DNA from: a virus | Lineage: Duplodnaviria; Caudoviricetes | Length of the DNA stretch: 64,000 nucleotides | Virus record (IMG/VR): IMGVR_UViG_3300031088_000782 | Coordinates: 224,001-288,000 of that record | Direction: 5' to 3' (one strand) | Shown: positions 1-10,470 of the stretch, one piece after another | How positions within the stretch are numbered: the stretch's first letter is position 1 | How the letters are laid out: the number at the start of each line of letters is the position of its first letter | Program-made: the position numbers and the translations under genes | The notes under the pieces: generated by a model | What the model was told of the DNA's origin: nothing | Seen by the model: only the letters and a program-made list of their open reading frames with translations | The model's database searches: none

Positions 1-119
1 AAGTATATAATTAAATATTGATTTTATTAGTTTATGCAGCTACACAATCACAAACAAAAGATTGTGTAGCTGCATTGATATTCAACCCTATATACTTTAT
101 ATTTCCGAAGGGTTTATTG

Positions 120-1007
120 ATGAAAATATTTACACACTTTAAAGAATCTTTTTTGAAGCGACAGAGAAATGAAGATGGATTTATGGGATATACTCATGCT
201 TTGAGTGCTTTGGCTGTTGTTATGATGCTGTTAGCTTTTGTTCCTATGTTCGTCCCTAAAATCGTCGGAAATGAAAATATATGGGTTATCTGCATGTTTG
301 TATTGGGGACAATCGGAGCAAGCATGATTCCAGATTTGGATAACAGTACTTCTCGCGCAAAAAGCGATTTAGGTATTTTCGGTATAGCTATCAGCGGATT
401 CTTCCGTGTCTCATCAACAATTATTCAAACAACTATCAGAACAAAACGTGATGATCCCGACCCTAATCCTCACCGTGGATTCTGGCACACTATCCCAGCC
501 GCTCTGTTTCTTGGACTCTTAGCTTATTTAGCAACTCTTGTCAAAGGCGAAATAAACATCCCTGTATTCGGGGCTATGACTTGGGGAACAGTTTTTGCTA
601 TGTTGATTGTTGCCATTTTGATTCACCTAACCTTGTCAACACTGTTCAAAGAAGCTATGGACAAATTGAAAAAATCAGAATTTGTTGGTGAATTTATTGC
701 TTTATTGATTTCTTTAAGTATTGCTTTCACATTGTTCTTAAATATTCCAAAAAATGAAAGTTTTTGGTGGGTTGGAGTATCCGTTGCTTTAGGCATGATT
801 ATCCACGATTTTGGAGATGCGTTTACAAAAAGCGGAAACGTCCTGCTTTTTCCTTGTTCTGCATTTCTGAAAGGAAAATTTTGGTGGACAACGAGATTTA
901 CTCATATGAAAGCTGGAGGAACAGCCGAAAAAATGCTTGTTGTTCCTATTTGTGTGATACTTACCTGTGTTGCAATTGTTAAAATGAGTATAGAATATTT
1001 TAGTTGA
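120..1007 (+). CDS. Membrane-bound metal-dependent hydrolase (YdjM-like)
   Basis: Motifs GYTHALSA, GASMIPDLD, HRGFWHT and HDFGDAFT plus several hydrophobic segments. ATG at 120 preferred over 18. Confidence 0.8.
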   Translation: MKIFTHFKESFLKRQRNEDGFMGYTHALSALAVVMMLLAFVPMFVPKIVGNENIWVICMFVLGTIGASMIPDLDNSTSRAKSDLGIFGIAISGFFRVSSTIIQTTIRTKRDDPDPNPHRGFWHTIPAALFLGLLAYLATLVKGEINIPVFGAMTWGTVFAMLIVAILIHLTLSTLFKEAMDKLKKSEFVGEFIALLISLSIAFTLFLNIPKNESFWWVGVSVALGMIIHDFGDAFTKSGNVLLFPCSAFLKGKFWWTTRFTHMKAGGTAEKMLVVPICVILTCVAIVKMSIEYFS

Positions 1008-1039
1008 TTAATTATTTATTATGTCAGTGAGTAAAGAAA

Positions 1040-2428
1040 ATGAGAAAACAAAACTATCAAGAAGTGAAATTCTTAGAAAAATATTGGAATAATGAAAAGA
1101 ACAATATAGATCTTATTAATGCTAAACTTGAGAACAAATTTATGTATTGGTGGTTTTGTCAAGATTTTGATCATTCTTTTGAAAAAACTATTCGCTCAAT
1201 GGAGAAGAATCAATCTTGTATGGTTTGCATTGGAAAGCAATTATTGTCTGGATTTAATGATTTCGAAACTGCTGGTGTTGAATATATGCATGAATGGGAT
1301 TATGAGAAAACCGTTGTTCAGCCAAACGAAATTCTTAAAAGTTCTAAAACATTAATTTGGTGGAAATGTAAGCTAAATCATTCTTGGCAAGCGAATACTC
1401 AAGATAAAATAAGAAATCGTGGTGGTTGCCCATATTGTGCAAATCAAAGGTTATTAAAAGGATTTAATGATTTAGAGAGTCAATACCCAGAATTAACTGA
1501 GGAATGGGACTTTAATAAAAATTCATTAAAGCCAAGTGAGGTTAGGTATTCGAGCACTAAAAATATTAGCTGGATTTGTAAAAACAATCATCAATGGGAT
1601 ACTGCTCCTTTTAATAGAACAAACAAGAAAAGATGCTGGAGTTGTCCTTATTGCACAAATAGAAAAGTTTTAAAAGGGTATAATGATTTAGCAACTACTC
1701 ATCCTCATATGATTGAACAATGGGACTATGCGAAAAACAAGATAAATCCTACTGAACTCACTTCTGGATCAAATAAAAAAGTTTGGTGGTTATGCAGAAA
1801 ATTTAATCATTCTTGGATTGTATCTATTAATGAAAAAACAAGATATGATTGCCCCTATTGTGGTAAGCAAAAAGCACTAAAAGGATTTAATGATCTAATT
1901 ACTACTCATCCAGAAATTATTCAATATTGGGATTACGAAAAGAATATTTTAAATCCTGATGAAATTAGTGCTGGATCAGATAAAATAGTTTGGTGGAATT
2001 GTGATTGCGGAAATAATTTTAGTCAATCTATCTACAATAGAACTAAAAAACAATATAGTTGCAACCGCTGCTCTTATCAAGGTTCTTCTCAGGGTGAAAA
2101 AGATCTGTTTAATTTTATAGAATCTTTGTTAAATGATGATGAAATTATTTTGAGTAATGTTAGGTCAGTCATTACTCCTTATGAATTAGATATTTATGTT
2201 CCTCATTTAAATATTGCTTTAGAGTATAATGGAACTTATTGGCATAGTGATGAAGTCATTCAGAATAATCATGGAATGTCTTCTGACGAGTATCATTTGA
2301 TGAAAACAGAGTTGTGCAATGATTTAGGAATCAAGCTTTTGCATATTGCTGAAGAAGATTGGACTAATAACAATTCTGAGTTGAAAAATCTTGTTGAAAG
2401 TTTCGTTAATTCATCAAAGATTGTTTAA
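1040..2428 (+). CDS. Zinc-ribbon repeat protein with C-terminal Vsr/PD-(D/E)XK-like endonuclease domain (putative free-standing homing endonuclease)
   Basis: About 5 repeats of GFND..EWD..KN..WW.C..H.W..CPYC; C-terminal ELDIYVPHLNIALEYNGTYWH. Confidence 0.75.
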   Translation: MRKQNYQEVKFLEKYWNNEKNNIDLINAKLENKFMYWWFCQDFDHSFEKTIRSMEKNQSCMVCIGKQLLSGFNDFETAGVEYMHEWDYEKTVVQPNEILKSSKTLIWWKCKLNHSWQANTQDKIRNRGGCPYCANQRLLKGFNDLESQYPELTEEWDFNKNSLKPSEVRYSSTKNISWICKNNHQWDTAPFNRTNKKRCWSCPYCTNRKVLKGYNDLATTHPHMIEQWDYAKNKINPTELTSGSNKKVWWLCRKFNHSWIVSINEKTRYDCPYCGKQKALKGFNDLITTHPEIIQYWDYEKNILNPDEISAGSDKIVWWNCDCGNNFSQSIYNRTKKQYSCNRCSYQGSSQGEKDLFNFIESLLNDDEIILSNVRSVITPYELDIYVPHLNIALEYNGTYWHSDEVIQNNHGMSSDEYHLMKTELCNDLGIKLLHIAEEDWTNNNSELKNLVESFVNSSKIV

Positions 2429-2460
2429 TATTTTCAATTTTTTGTGTTAAATATATATTC

Positions 2461-2467
2461 TGATATT
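2461..2467 (+). promoter_or_regulatory. YTGATATT box upstream of RHS gene
   Basis: cTGATATT 107 nt before the ATG; shared with 7 other core-gene upstream regions. Confidence 0.45.
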
Positions 2468-2567
2468 AAATTTGCTGCTATTTTGTGTTGTTGATCACTA
2501 TTGGTTAACTTCGTATAGTTTTTATATGTTAATTCTATGGTCTCTTATACCAAAGTGAGATAATTTA

Positions 2568-5500
2568 ATGAAAAATAAATTTTTTAACAAAGTTGTTGGA
2601 ATCGTTTTATCATCTAGTGTAATTCTTACGGGAATTATTAGTTCTCCACCAGCTTTCGCAGAAGAAAGCAGTTCAAATCAAGCACAATCAAGCAATAATA
2701 ATTCTCAACAATCAGATCCTATTGTCTACCCTAAAATAACTAGTTTCTCAATAATTAAAGAAAAATCTGATACAGTGTCGTTTTCTGTAAAGATTAGTGA
2801 AGATTTACAAACAAACAACAATACTCTTTATCTTTACAAAAAAGGAGATTCTAATATTGTTCAAGAAGTTTCATCTTCTTCAAACAAAACAATAGAATTA
2901 ACAATTGACCGACCGAAAACAAATATTGTTGAATACTATGTTTCTGTAGGAGATCAAAGATCAAAAGATTTAGCTGTTTATCCTCTTGAAAATAATGATA
3001 AATGGGGACTACAAGCTACTATAGACAAAACCTCTTTTTCAACATCTGATACAGTTTTGCCTAAGATAAGCTGGACTACGAAAACATACTCTAATGGAAA
3101 AAGTATTTATCTTGTTGATCAAGACAATAATGTAATTAAAAAGAATGGTTCAGGATTTGGAACTTCAGGAGAAATTTATATCAACACATTTTTCAATGAT
3201 TCTAAAACTTTTAAACTATATATTGCAGATTATACATCTTCTTCAGGTATTAAATTATCTCAGCTAAATGGTGTTGTTGCTTCAAGTAACGAAATGACCG
3301 TATATACTCAACCTTGGAATATTACAGGAAGTGTGGATTTAGAGGAATATTCTACGAATAATCCGAAACTTACCTTCACTTCAACATTAAATCAAAAAGT
3401 CGGCGGAAATATTGGAAATTTTCTTGTTGAGGAAAATTCTGGAAATGTTGTCAAACAAGTGTCATCTTCTTCTAGTTTAACTCAAAAAACCGAAATTGCG
3501 CCTAAATACTTGAATGAGAAAAATAATTATAAATTTTATGTTGCAAAATATTCTGGAACTATTACTAATAAAAATCAGTTTGAAGAAATTAAAGCTGAGA
3601 GTAACATAATGAAAACAAAGGCTCAAGAATGGGAAATTCAATTATCATCTAATTCTTATGTTTTTTATACTGAAGATAAAACTCCGCAATTGACAGTTAA
3701 AGCGAATCAACCATTTGGTGTAGGAAATAGCGGTAAAACCTTATATCTTGTTGATATGAACACAAATAAAATTCATTACATTACTCCGGGCGGAAAAACT
3801 GATAGTCAAAATTTGAACATACGAAGATTCTACACAGGATCAGGTAAATACAAAGTCATCATGAGTGATTTTGTATTTATGGGAGGAAATGGTTTTGACA
3901 TCAATATTGAAGATTTAGAACAAGATATAATCGCAGAAAGCAATATAATCACAATTGAACGCGGACCTTGGGAAATATACACTAACAAAATAGTTACATA
4001 TGATGATAACAATAAAGATGGATACAAAAATGTACGTGTAGGGTGGACACAAAATCAACTTCAATATGACTCAAACTGGAGCACAGACTATGGAGTTGAA
4101 GGACGATATCATTTTTATTTGTATGATAAAAAAGATAATAAAGTTGTTGGATGGGAAAGTTTATCGGCAATGGGCGGATCTATATACCCTAGATTTACAG
4201 AAGGCGGTATTCATAAATACGGAGTTGTACTAGCTGAACCTAATAGTGATTATCATAACAGAACTATTTATTATGATGAGCTAAAAGACATACAAGCAGA
4301 AAGTGATACTATAACTGTCAAACCTTCTAAATGGAATGTAAGCATTTCTAGTATTGAAGAAAAAAATTACAACTCTTCACACAATCAGACGGCTATAACA
4401 TATGTTAGCAATAAAACCATATCTTCAACAGGAGATTATTCAGTTTATTTTGTTAATGGAGTAACAGGTGATGTTTTGTCTAGCACAACAAGCAGCGCTA
4501 GAACAGCCTACGTTTTAGTTCCAAAAAATTATAATGGCACATATGTTATATATGTTGCTGACAGAAATGGCGCTAAAAATGTCTCTCAAATGACAAATAT
4601 AAGAGCAGTTAGTAATAGCTCTTACGCAAACGAATTAAATGGAGATTCAGGCATTAATTACGAAAGAAACACTCGATTTACTGGTGGCGGAAATCCATCA
4701 TCTTCTGATTGTGATCAAAATTGCTACGGTGATCCTGTCAATTCTTATAATGGGGAACTGTTTGAAAATAATGAAGACTTAACTATTGATGGAACATCTC
4801 CGCTTATTTTTTCAAGAAATTATTCAACTATTAAAAAAGACAAATTAGGTGCTTTTGGTTATGGATGGGATTTCAACTACAACATGAGAATAGAGGGAGA
4901 GTCAAGTAATCTATCCGACTCTCCTTATTTATCAATAATTCAAGAAAATGGCTCAACTGTCGTATTTGCTAAAAATGATAATGAAGAATTAGGTGATGAA
5001 GAATACCTTGTTGCTCCATCAATGAAAGTCAAACTTCGTCACAACGAAGATGATAACACTTTTGAGTTCGAAAGAAAAGATGGGACTATTTTTGTTTTTG
5101 AGGAAAATACTGGATTATTGAAATCACAAAAAGATAGAAACAATAATAGAATAGAAATCGAAAGGAATTCAAGCCACAAAATAACTAAAATAAAAAATTC
5201 TGACAATAGTTTAATTAATGTTGAATGGAATTCTGATGATTTAATTTCTTCAATAACTGACGGGATTCATACTGTTGATTATTCTTATAATTCGAACAAA
5301 GAATTAATTTCTGTTGATAACTCAATAATAAATAATAATAAAGAATATACTTACTATTCCGATCATAAGATTCAAAAAATAATTCATCCTAATGAAGGAG
5401 TTTATGAAACTTTTTATGATTCAAATAATAGAGTTGTTAAACAAATTGACCCTAAAAATAAAGAAACTAAATTTGAATATTCTGGAACTTCAAGAATAAT

Positions 5501-8500
5501 TACATTACCAGATGGAACAATTAATAAAGACATTTATAGCGAAAAAGGATTGCTTACATCACGGTCATTAGCCTTTGGAACTTCTGATGTGACAACATAT
5601 AGTTATGGATATGATTCTTCAAACAATCTTACTTATATAAAGTACCCTAACGGGAAAACCATAAGTTATTCGTATGATTCTAACGGGAACCTAATGTTTT
5701 CAAAAAATTCAAATGGTGGAGTTTTCAGATTTTCTTACAATAGCAATAACCTTTTGACAAAAACTATTAATCCTTTTGGAAAAATTTCTACAAATAAATA
5801 TGATTCTAATGGAAATATTATCGAATCAACAGACTATAATGGAAAAACAACAAAATTTGATAATGATTCAAAAGGAAGATTAGCAAAAACTCAATTGCCA
5901 AACGATTTAGAGACAACTAAATTTACAACATACAATTATAATAGTAATGGATTAGTTAATAAAACTATTGATACTTTGGGCAGAGAATCTGAAGTATCTT
6001 ACAATAACGCCAAGAATATGTCTAAGATAATCGATCCTATGGATAACGAAATCAAATTTGAATATTTTAACAACAATGCGGAAATGGTCAAGAAGATCAC
6101 CTATGAAAACGGCTCTTCTGATAAAAATTATTATGATGATTCTAACCGATTGATAAAAACTATTGGAACAGACGGGAATGCTGTGGAATATACTTATGAT
6201 TTGATGGATAATGTCACATCCGTTAAAAACGTATATGGAACAACATTTTATGAATATGACTCTAACAATAGAGTTATATCTACCACTGATCCTAAAAACG
6301 AAAAAGTAGAATATGAATATAATAAGTTAGGACTATTGACTAAAACTAAATATTCTAATGGATCTCAATTTGTTAATACTTACGATAAACAGGGTCTTTT
6401 AACTGATTCTACTGATGCAAAAGGAAATAAAATTACTTATTCTTATGATGCATCAGGAAATCTTCTTTCTATAAAAGATGCGTTGGGAAATACAGAAACT
6501 TATACGTATGACATTCTCAATCAAACTCTATCTCATAAGACACCAAAAGGATCTTATACTTATTATACTTATGATGATAATGGAAGAGTTGTTTCAACAA
6601 AAGATTCTCTAAATAGAATTACAGAAAACAAATATGATGACAATGGAAATTTGATTAAAGAAATTTACCCTAATAAAACTTTTTCAAAATACGAATATAA
6701 TTCTGAAAATATTCTCAAAAAATCAATTGACAGAGTTGGTAAATACAAAGAATATACTTATGATGATAATGATCGAATTATTGAGTTAAATAAAAATGGA
6801 AAAAAATTAATCAATTACACTTATGATAAATTAGATAATGTTAAGAAAATCAAATATGATAATGAATTTAGCATTGATTATGAATATGATTTAGCTGGAA
6901 AAATTCTTTCATCTCAAAGTTCTAATGATACGAGAACAAATTATTCATATGATTCTATAGGAAATCTAACTTCGCGTGGACCTCCGAATAAAGAAACTAA
7001 TTATACCTATAACAACTATGGAGAAATCACTAGTATTGACTATCCTTCTGGAAAATCAATAAATTATGAATACAATAACTTCTCTCAATTATCTAAAGTT
7101 AAGTCAGGGAGTCGAACTTTAGCTGAATATAATTATGACAGCAATTTTAACAATAATTCTACAACTTTCGGAAATGGAAATGTAGAAACGTATTCATTTG
7201 ATTATTTGAATAGAGTCAATAACATCAATGTCAAAAATTCTGATAATGCATCTCTTTATGAAAGGCAATTGGAATTTGATAAAGACAGTTATATAACCAA
7301 TGCTAAGAGTTTATTTAAAGGTTCTAAAACTGTTGACAAAACTTACACTTACAAACTCAGCGGAACTATTGACTCTGTTAAAAATAATCTTACAAGCAAG
7401 ACAGACAACTATACCTACGACGATTTTAATAATCTGACAAATTTGGGTAGCAGTAGTTTTAATTACGAAAATAATTACAATCTCAAATCTTCTTCAATAA
7501 ATTCAACAAACAAAAATTATGAATATGATGATTTAGGGAACAGAGTTTCTTCTAAAGTGGGGAATAAAGAAAACTCTTACAGTTGGAATATTGATGGAAC
7601 ATTAAAGAATGTCAATATTGATGCTGACACTAATGATGACAACAACCCTGAAAAAGAAATAGATTATACATATGATAATTCAGGTTTACTCAGTTCTAAA
7701 AAATTGAATAATGAATTAGTTGATGAATATGTTTGGGATTCTATTTCATCTGATGTGCCTGTTCTTTTGGAGGATTCATCATACGATTATATCTATGGTT
7801 TAGATTCCACTCCTTTTGCTCAAATTGATAAAGATTCTGGTGAAATTTATTACTTAACTGGTGATGAAAGAAATAGTGTTGTTCTTGCTACTGATAATAG
7901 CGGAAACAGTGTTTTAACGCGAGAATACGATGAGTATGGAAACCTTACACAAGAATCTACTGAAAGTGTCTTAAATGACGATTCTGGGAGTTCCGGAGAA
8001 TCTCAAACCACTGAACAAGAGAATCAAAATGGTTCTGATAATGAAACAGCTGATTTTAATACCAATTTCGGATATGCAGGAGAATACTTAGATAAAGATA
8101 CTGGTTTACACAATCTTCGTTCTCGTTGGTTTGAGCCATCAACAGGATCGTTTTTAAGTGTTGATCCTGCTTTTGATTTGACGAATGATGCTTATGGATA
8201 TGCGAGTGGCAATCCTGTTTCATTTACTGATCCGCTTGGTTTGTGGTCAACTGGTGGGGCTTTGTTAACGAGCGCGGCTGCTATTGTTGATGGTTCGATT
8301 GGTTTGCCTGTTGCTTCTGGCTTGATGAACAGTATGAGTCCTGGAAGTGTTGATAATTGTTCTTCACTGTATAAGGGATTGAGTATTGCTTCTGGTGTTG
8401 GATCAATGTTCATCCCAGGTGGCGGAATAATTAAAGGTGTTGGATTAGGTGTTGCAGTCAGTGTCAAATACGGACCAAAAATCGCCAAAGGGATAAGTAA

Positions 8501-8939
8501 ATTCGTTAAGAATATAAAATTTTCCAAGAAACCATTTAGCGTTACTGCTAAAGAAGGATTAACAACAGAGCAGGCAAGAAAAAACATTTTAAAATCAATG
8601 AAAAAAGCTCCACAAAATGGATCATCATATATTTATTTAAGAACAGATCCTTTAACACAGAAAATTTATGTAGGAAAAAGTAAAAGTGAAACTTCTTACA
8701 AGCTGAGGAAGGATGCACACAATAAAAAGCTGCAAAAACAAGTAGGAGATCCTTTGCTAGAATATGACTTCATTCCAATAGCTAGACCTAATGGACATAA
8801 AGAGACTAAGAGAACTGAAGAATACTTCATTAGGGCTGGTGGCGGGCCAAGCAATAAAAATAATCCATATGGAGTTTTAGAAAACAAAATTTATGCGTCA
8901 ATTGATAAAATATATCAAGCACTAGGAGGAGATTTCTAA
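2568..8939 (+). CDS. Secreted RHS-repeat polymorphic toxin with C-terminal GIY-YIG/URI-fold nuclease
   Basis: Sec signal (MKNKFF..AFA|EE); five ~108-aa N-terminal repeats; DUF6531-like GDPVNSYNGE at 4728; YD repeats; core end GYAGEYLD..P..FTDPLGL|W (8229-8246); tip YIYLRTD..IYVGKS..R..H..EEYFI. Confidence 0.9.
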   Translation: MKNKFFNKVVGIVLSSSVILTGIISSPPAFAEESSSNQAQSSNNNSQQSDPIVYPKITSFSIIKEKSDTVSFSVKISEDLQTNNNTLYLYKKGDSNIVQEVSSSSNKTIELTIDRPKTNIVEYYVSVGDQRSKDLAVYPLENNDKWGLQATIDKTSFSTSDTVLPKISWTTKTYSNGKSIYLVDQDNNVIKKNGSGFGTSGEIYINTFFNDSKTFKLYIADYTSSSGIKLSQLNGVVASSNEMTVYTQPWNITGSVDLEEYSTNNPKLTFTSTLNQKVGGNIGNFLVEENSGNVVKQVSSSSSLTQKTEIAPKYLNEKNNYKFYVAKYSGTITNKNQFEEIKAESNIMKTKAQEWEIQLSSNSYVFYTEDKTPQLTVKANQPFGVGNSGKTLYLVDMNTNKIHYITPGGKTDSQNLNIRRFYTGSGKYKVIMSDFVFMGGNGFDINIEDLEQDIIAESNIITIERGPWEIYTNKIVTYDDNNKDGYKNVRVGWTQNQLQYDSNWSTDYGVEGRYHFYLYDKKDNKVVGWESLSAMGGSIYPRFTEGGIHKYGVVLAEPNSDYHNRTIYYDELKDIQAESDTITVKPSKWNVSISSIEEKNYNSSHNQTAITYVSNKTISSTGDYSVYFVNGVTGDVLSSTTSSARTAYVLVPKNYNGTYVIYVADRNGAKNVSQMTNIRAVSNSSYANELNGDSGINYERNTRFTGGGNPSSSDCDQNCYGDPVNSYNGELFENNEDLTIDGTSPLIFSRNYSTIKKDKLGAFGYGWDFNYNMRIEGESSNLSDSPYLSIIQENGSTVVFAKNDNEELGDEEYLVAPSMKVKLRHNEDDNTFEFERKDGTIFVFEENTGLLKSQKDRNNNRIEIERNSSHKITKIKNSDNSLINVEWNSDDLISSITDGIHTVDYSYNSNKELISVDNSIINNNKEYTYYSDHKIQKIIHPNEGVYETFYDSNNRVVKQIDPKNKETKFEYSGTSRIITLPDGTINKDIYSEKGLLTSRSLAFGTSDVTTYSYGYDSSNNLTYIKYPNGKTISYSYDSNGNLMFSKNSNGGVFRFSYNSNNLLTKTINPFGKISTNKYDSNGNIIESTDYNGKTTKFDNDSKGRLAKTQLPNDLETTKFTTYNYNSNGLVNKTIDTLGRESEVSYNNAKNMSKIIDPMDNEIKFEYFNNNAEMVKKITYENGSSDKNYYDDSNRLIKTIGTDGNAVEYTYDLMDNVTSVKNVYGTTFYEYDSNNRVISTTDPKNEKVEYEYNKLGLLTKTKYSNGSQFVNTYDKQGLLTDSTDAKGNKITYSYDASGNLLSIKDALGNTETYTYDILNQTLSHKTPKGSYTYYTYDDNGRVVSTKDSLNRITENKYDDNGNLIKEIYPNKTFSKYEYNSENILKKSIDRVGKYKEYTYDDNDRIIELNKNGKKLINYTYDKLDNVKKIKYDNEFSIDYEYDLAGKILSSQSSNDTRTNYSYDSIGNLTSRGPPNKETNYTYNNYGEITSIDYPSGKSINYEYNNFSQLSKVKSGSRTLAEYNYDSNFNNNSTTFGNGNVETYSFDYLNRVNNINVKNSDNASLYERQLEFDKDSYITNAKSLFKGSKTVDKTYTYKLSGTIDSVKNNLTSKTDNYTYDDFNNLTNLGSSSFNYENNYNLKSSSINSTNKNYEYDDLGNRVSSKVGNKENSYSWNIDGTLKNVNIDADTNDDNNPEKEIDYTYDNSGLLSSKKLNNELVDEYVWDSISSDVPVLLEDSSYDYIYGLDSTPFAQIDKDSGEIYYLTGDERNSVVLATDNSGNSVLTREYDEYGNLTQESTESVLNDDSGSSGESQTTEQENQNGSDNETADFNTNFGYAGEYLDKDTGLHNLRSRWFEPSTGSFLSVDPAFDLTNDAYGYASGNPVSFTDPLGLWSTGGALLTSAAAIVDGSIGLPVASGLMNSMSPGSVDNCSSLYKGLSIASGVGSMFIPGGGIIKGVGLGVAVSVKYGPKIAKGISKFVKNIKFSKKPFSVTAKEGLTTEQARKNILKSMKKAPQNGSSYIYLRTDPLTQKIYVGKSKSETSYKLRKDAHNKKLQKQVGDPLLEYDFIPIARPNGHKETKRTEEYFIRAGGGPSNKNNPYGVLENKIYASIDKIYQALGGDF
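3003..4620 (+). repeat. Five tandem ~108-aa beta-rich repeats in the RHS N-terminus
   Basis: Each unit starts at W, contains NQ/NK..(I/L)YLV(D/E/N)..N.V and ends I.A(E/S/V)S(N/D). Confidence 0.7.
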
Positions 8940-9592
8940 TGAAGACAAGAAGAATAAGAATGAATACTGGAGATGTATTTTTAGCACCATTTAATCAAAA
9001 AGATGCTATTTATAGTCAAGAATGGAACTGGCAATGGGAACCGCAAGAAGGAGAAGAGTGCTTCCTAATGCAGAATATTGGAATGCAAGATTACTCTTAT
9101 AGTGGAATACTCACTGCCTTGTTTAATAAGGTTTATTATTATGGTATTGATACTGATAATATTGATGTTTCTAAATTAGAAGTTATTGCTATTGTTGATG
9201 TAATTGCTCCTTCTTTTACCGCTGGCGAATTTAAAAAAATAGACAATCAATTAATACCAGAAAATATGCCTTACATGGCATACCATAGAGTGCATAAATA
9301 TATAACTCCACTACCAGATTGCGACATCATTATTCCAACTAATTACATTAAATCGAGGCATTTACCATATTCAGGATTGTCAGTAACAGGTGGTTACATG
9401 TATTGGATCGCAAATTATTTCATCAAAAAAAACAGGAACAAGTATTTACGCGAGGATATTATTGATTCAGTTAGAATTCGCCCTAAAGCTGCTATCCATA
9501 TTTTTTTTCCTGAAGCAAAGAACAATCCTAACTGGGTTATTTCTCAATACAATAATCCAAAACTACAAGATAGATCAAAACATAATATTTAA
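8939..9592 (+). CDS. Putative cognate immunity protein (Imm26-like N-terminus)
   Basis: TAATG overlap with the toxin stop; GDVFLAPF start resembles Imm26-type proteins. Confidence 0.65.
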   Translation: MKTRRIRMNTGDVFLAPFNQKDAIYSQEWNWQWEPQEGEECFLMQNIGMQDYSYSGILTALFNKVYYYGIDTDNIDVSKLEVIAIVDVIAPSFTAGEFKKIDNQLIPENMPYMAYHRVHKYITPLPDCDIIIPTNYIKSRHLPYSGLSVTGGYMYWIANYFIKKNRNKYLREDIIDSVRIRPKAAIHIFFPEAKNNPNWVISQYNNPKLQDRSKHNI

Positions 9593-9763
9593 AAAACAAA
9601 TTTTTTAAATATTAGAAATTCTTTAGATAGCAATAATCAGTTCTTGTTATAATGCTTTTGTTGAAGATATTGTCTAATTGTTTGAAAATATTTGATGAAT
9701 CTTCATATACAGTTCAAAAATTCGTTAGATAATATATTGTAAAATTTTCAGGGGGAGTTGGGC

Positions 9764-10336
9764 ATGAAATATCACATTAATGATGACTATGAAGTAAAAC
9801 CTTGTAGTGCTACTGTGGATGGTCGCTGCCCTTTTTGGGGAAAACACAATGGAGATAACCATTATAACAGTGAAAATGATGCCATAGAAGCTATCGAAAC
9901 AATTCTCTCCAAAAAACACACATTTTCGTTCAAAAAGAAACATATGCAGGATGCTCAATTCATCAAACAACGAGAAGAAACACGAAAAAACCTCATTAAT
10001 TATGCGAATGTTGATGAATCTGATTTAACTCCTGTTTCAAATGTTGATGAAATGGTTAAACAATGGTTCAGTGGAGATAGAAACAAATATGATTCTTTCC
10101 AAGAAACTGCAACAAATGAAAATCTCAAAGACAACACAAAACAAGCTGTGTCCGGTTTTCTTCAAAAAGGAATGTCTGTAAATAACACTAAAAGCGTAAA
10201 AGACATTCCTTTCGAAAATACTTCAGAAAGTTTAGATGACTTTGATTCCAGCGAGATCACCTTAATTGATGACGTTCCAGATAAACTTTCATGGGATGAT
10301 CTGCGAAGCGGAGCACTCAAAGCATTTAAGCACTGA
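9764..10336 (+). CDS. HIN-C-C-H leader protein A, unknown C-terminal cargo
   Basis: MKYHINDDYEVKPCSATVDGRCPFWGKHNGDNHYNSENDA; GGGGAG RBS before ATG 9764. Confidence 0.75.
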   Translation: MKYHINDDYEVKPCSATVDGRCPFWGKHNGDNHYNSENDAIEAIETILSKKHTFSFKKKHMQDAQFIKQREETRKNLINYANVDESDLTPVSNVDEMVKQWFSGDRNKYDSFQETATNENLKDNTKQAVSGFLQKGMSVNNTKSVKDIPFENTSESLDDFDSSEITLIDDVPDKLSWDDLRSGALKAFKH

Positions 10337-10470
10337 CATTGTTTTTAATAAACGATAATTTTGTTGAACTATTGAACAACTATCAAATTCAACTTTGTCA
10401 AGTTTAAATTGTTAAAATATTCATGAAAGATTATATTTTTGAATATTTATGAATTGTGGGTAATTATAGA

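Noticed and set aside
18-119. Upstream start for the hydrolase gene
   Set aside because: The extension looks like AT-rich promoter DNA; ATG 120 fits better.
8100-8460. G/T-rich patch at the RHS core end as a recombination scar
   Set aside because: It can be explained by Gly/Ala/Val/Leu codons of the hydrophobic segment; no orphan toxin tips or repeats are present downstream.
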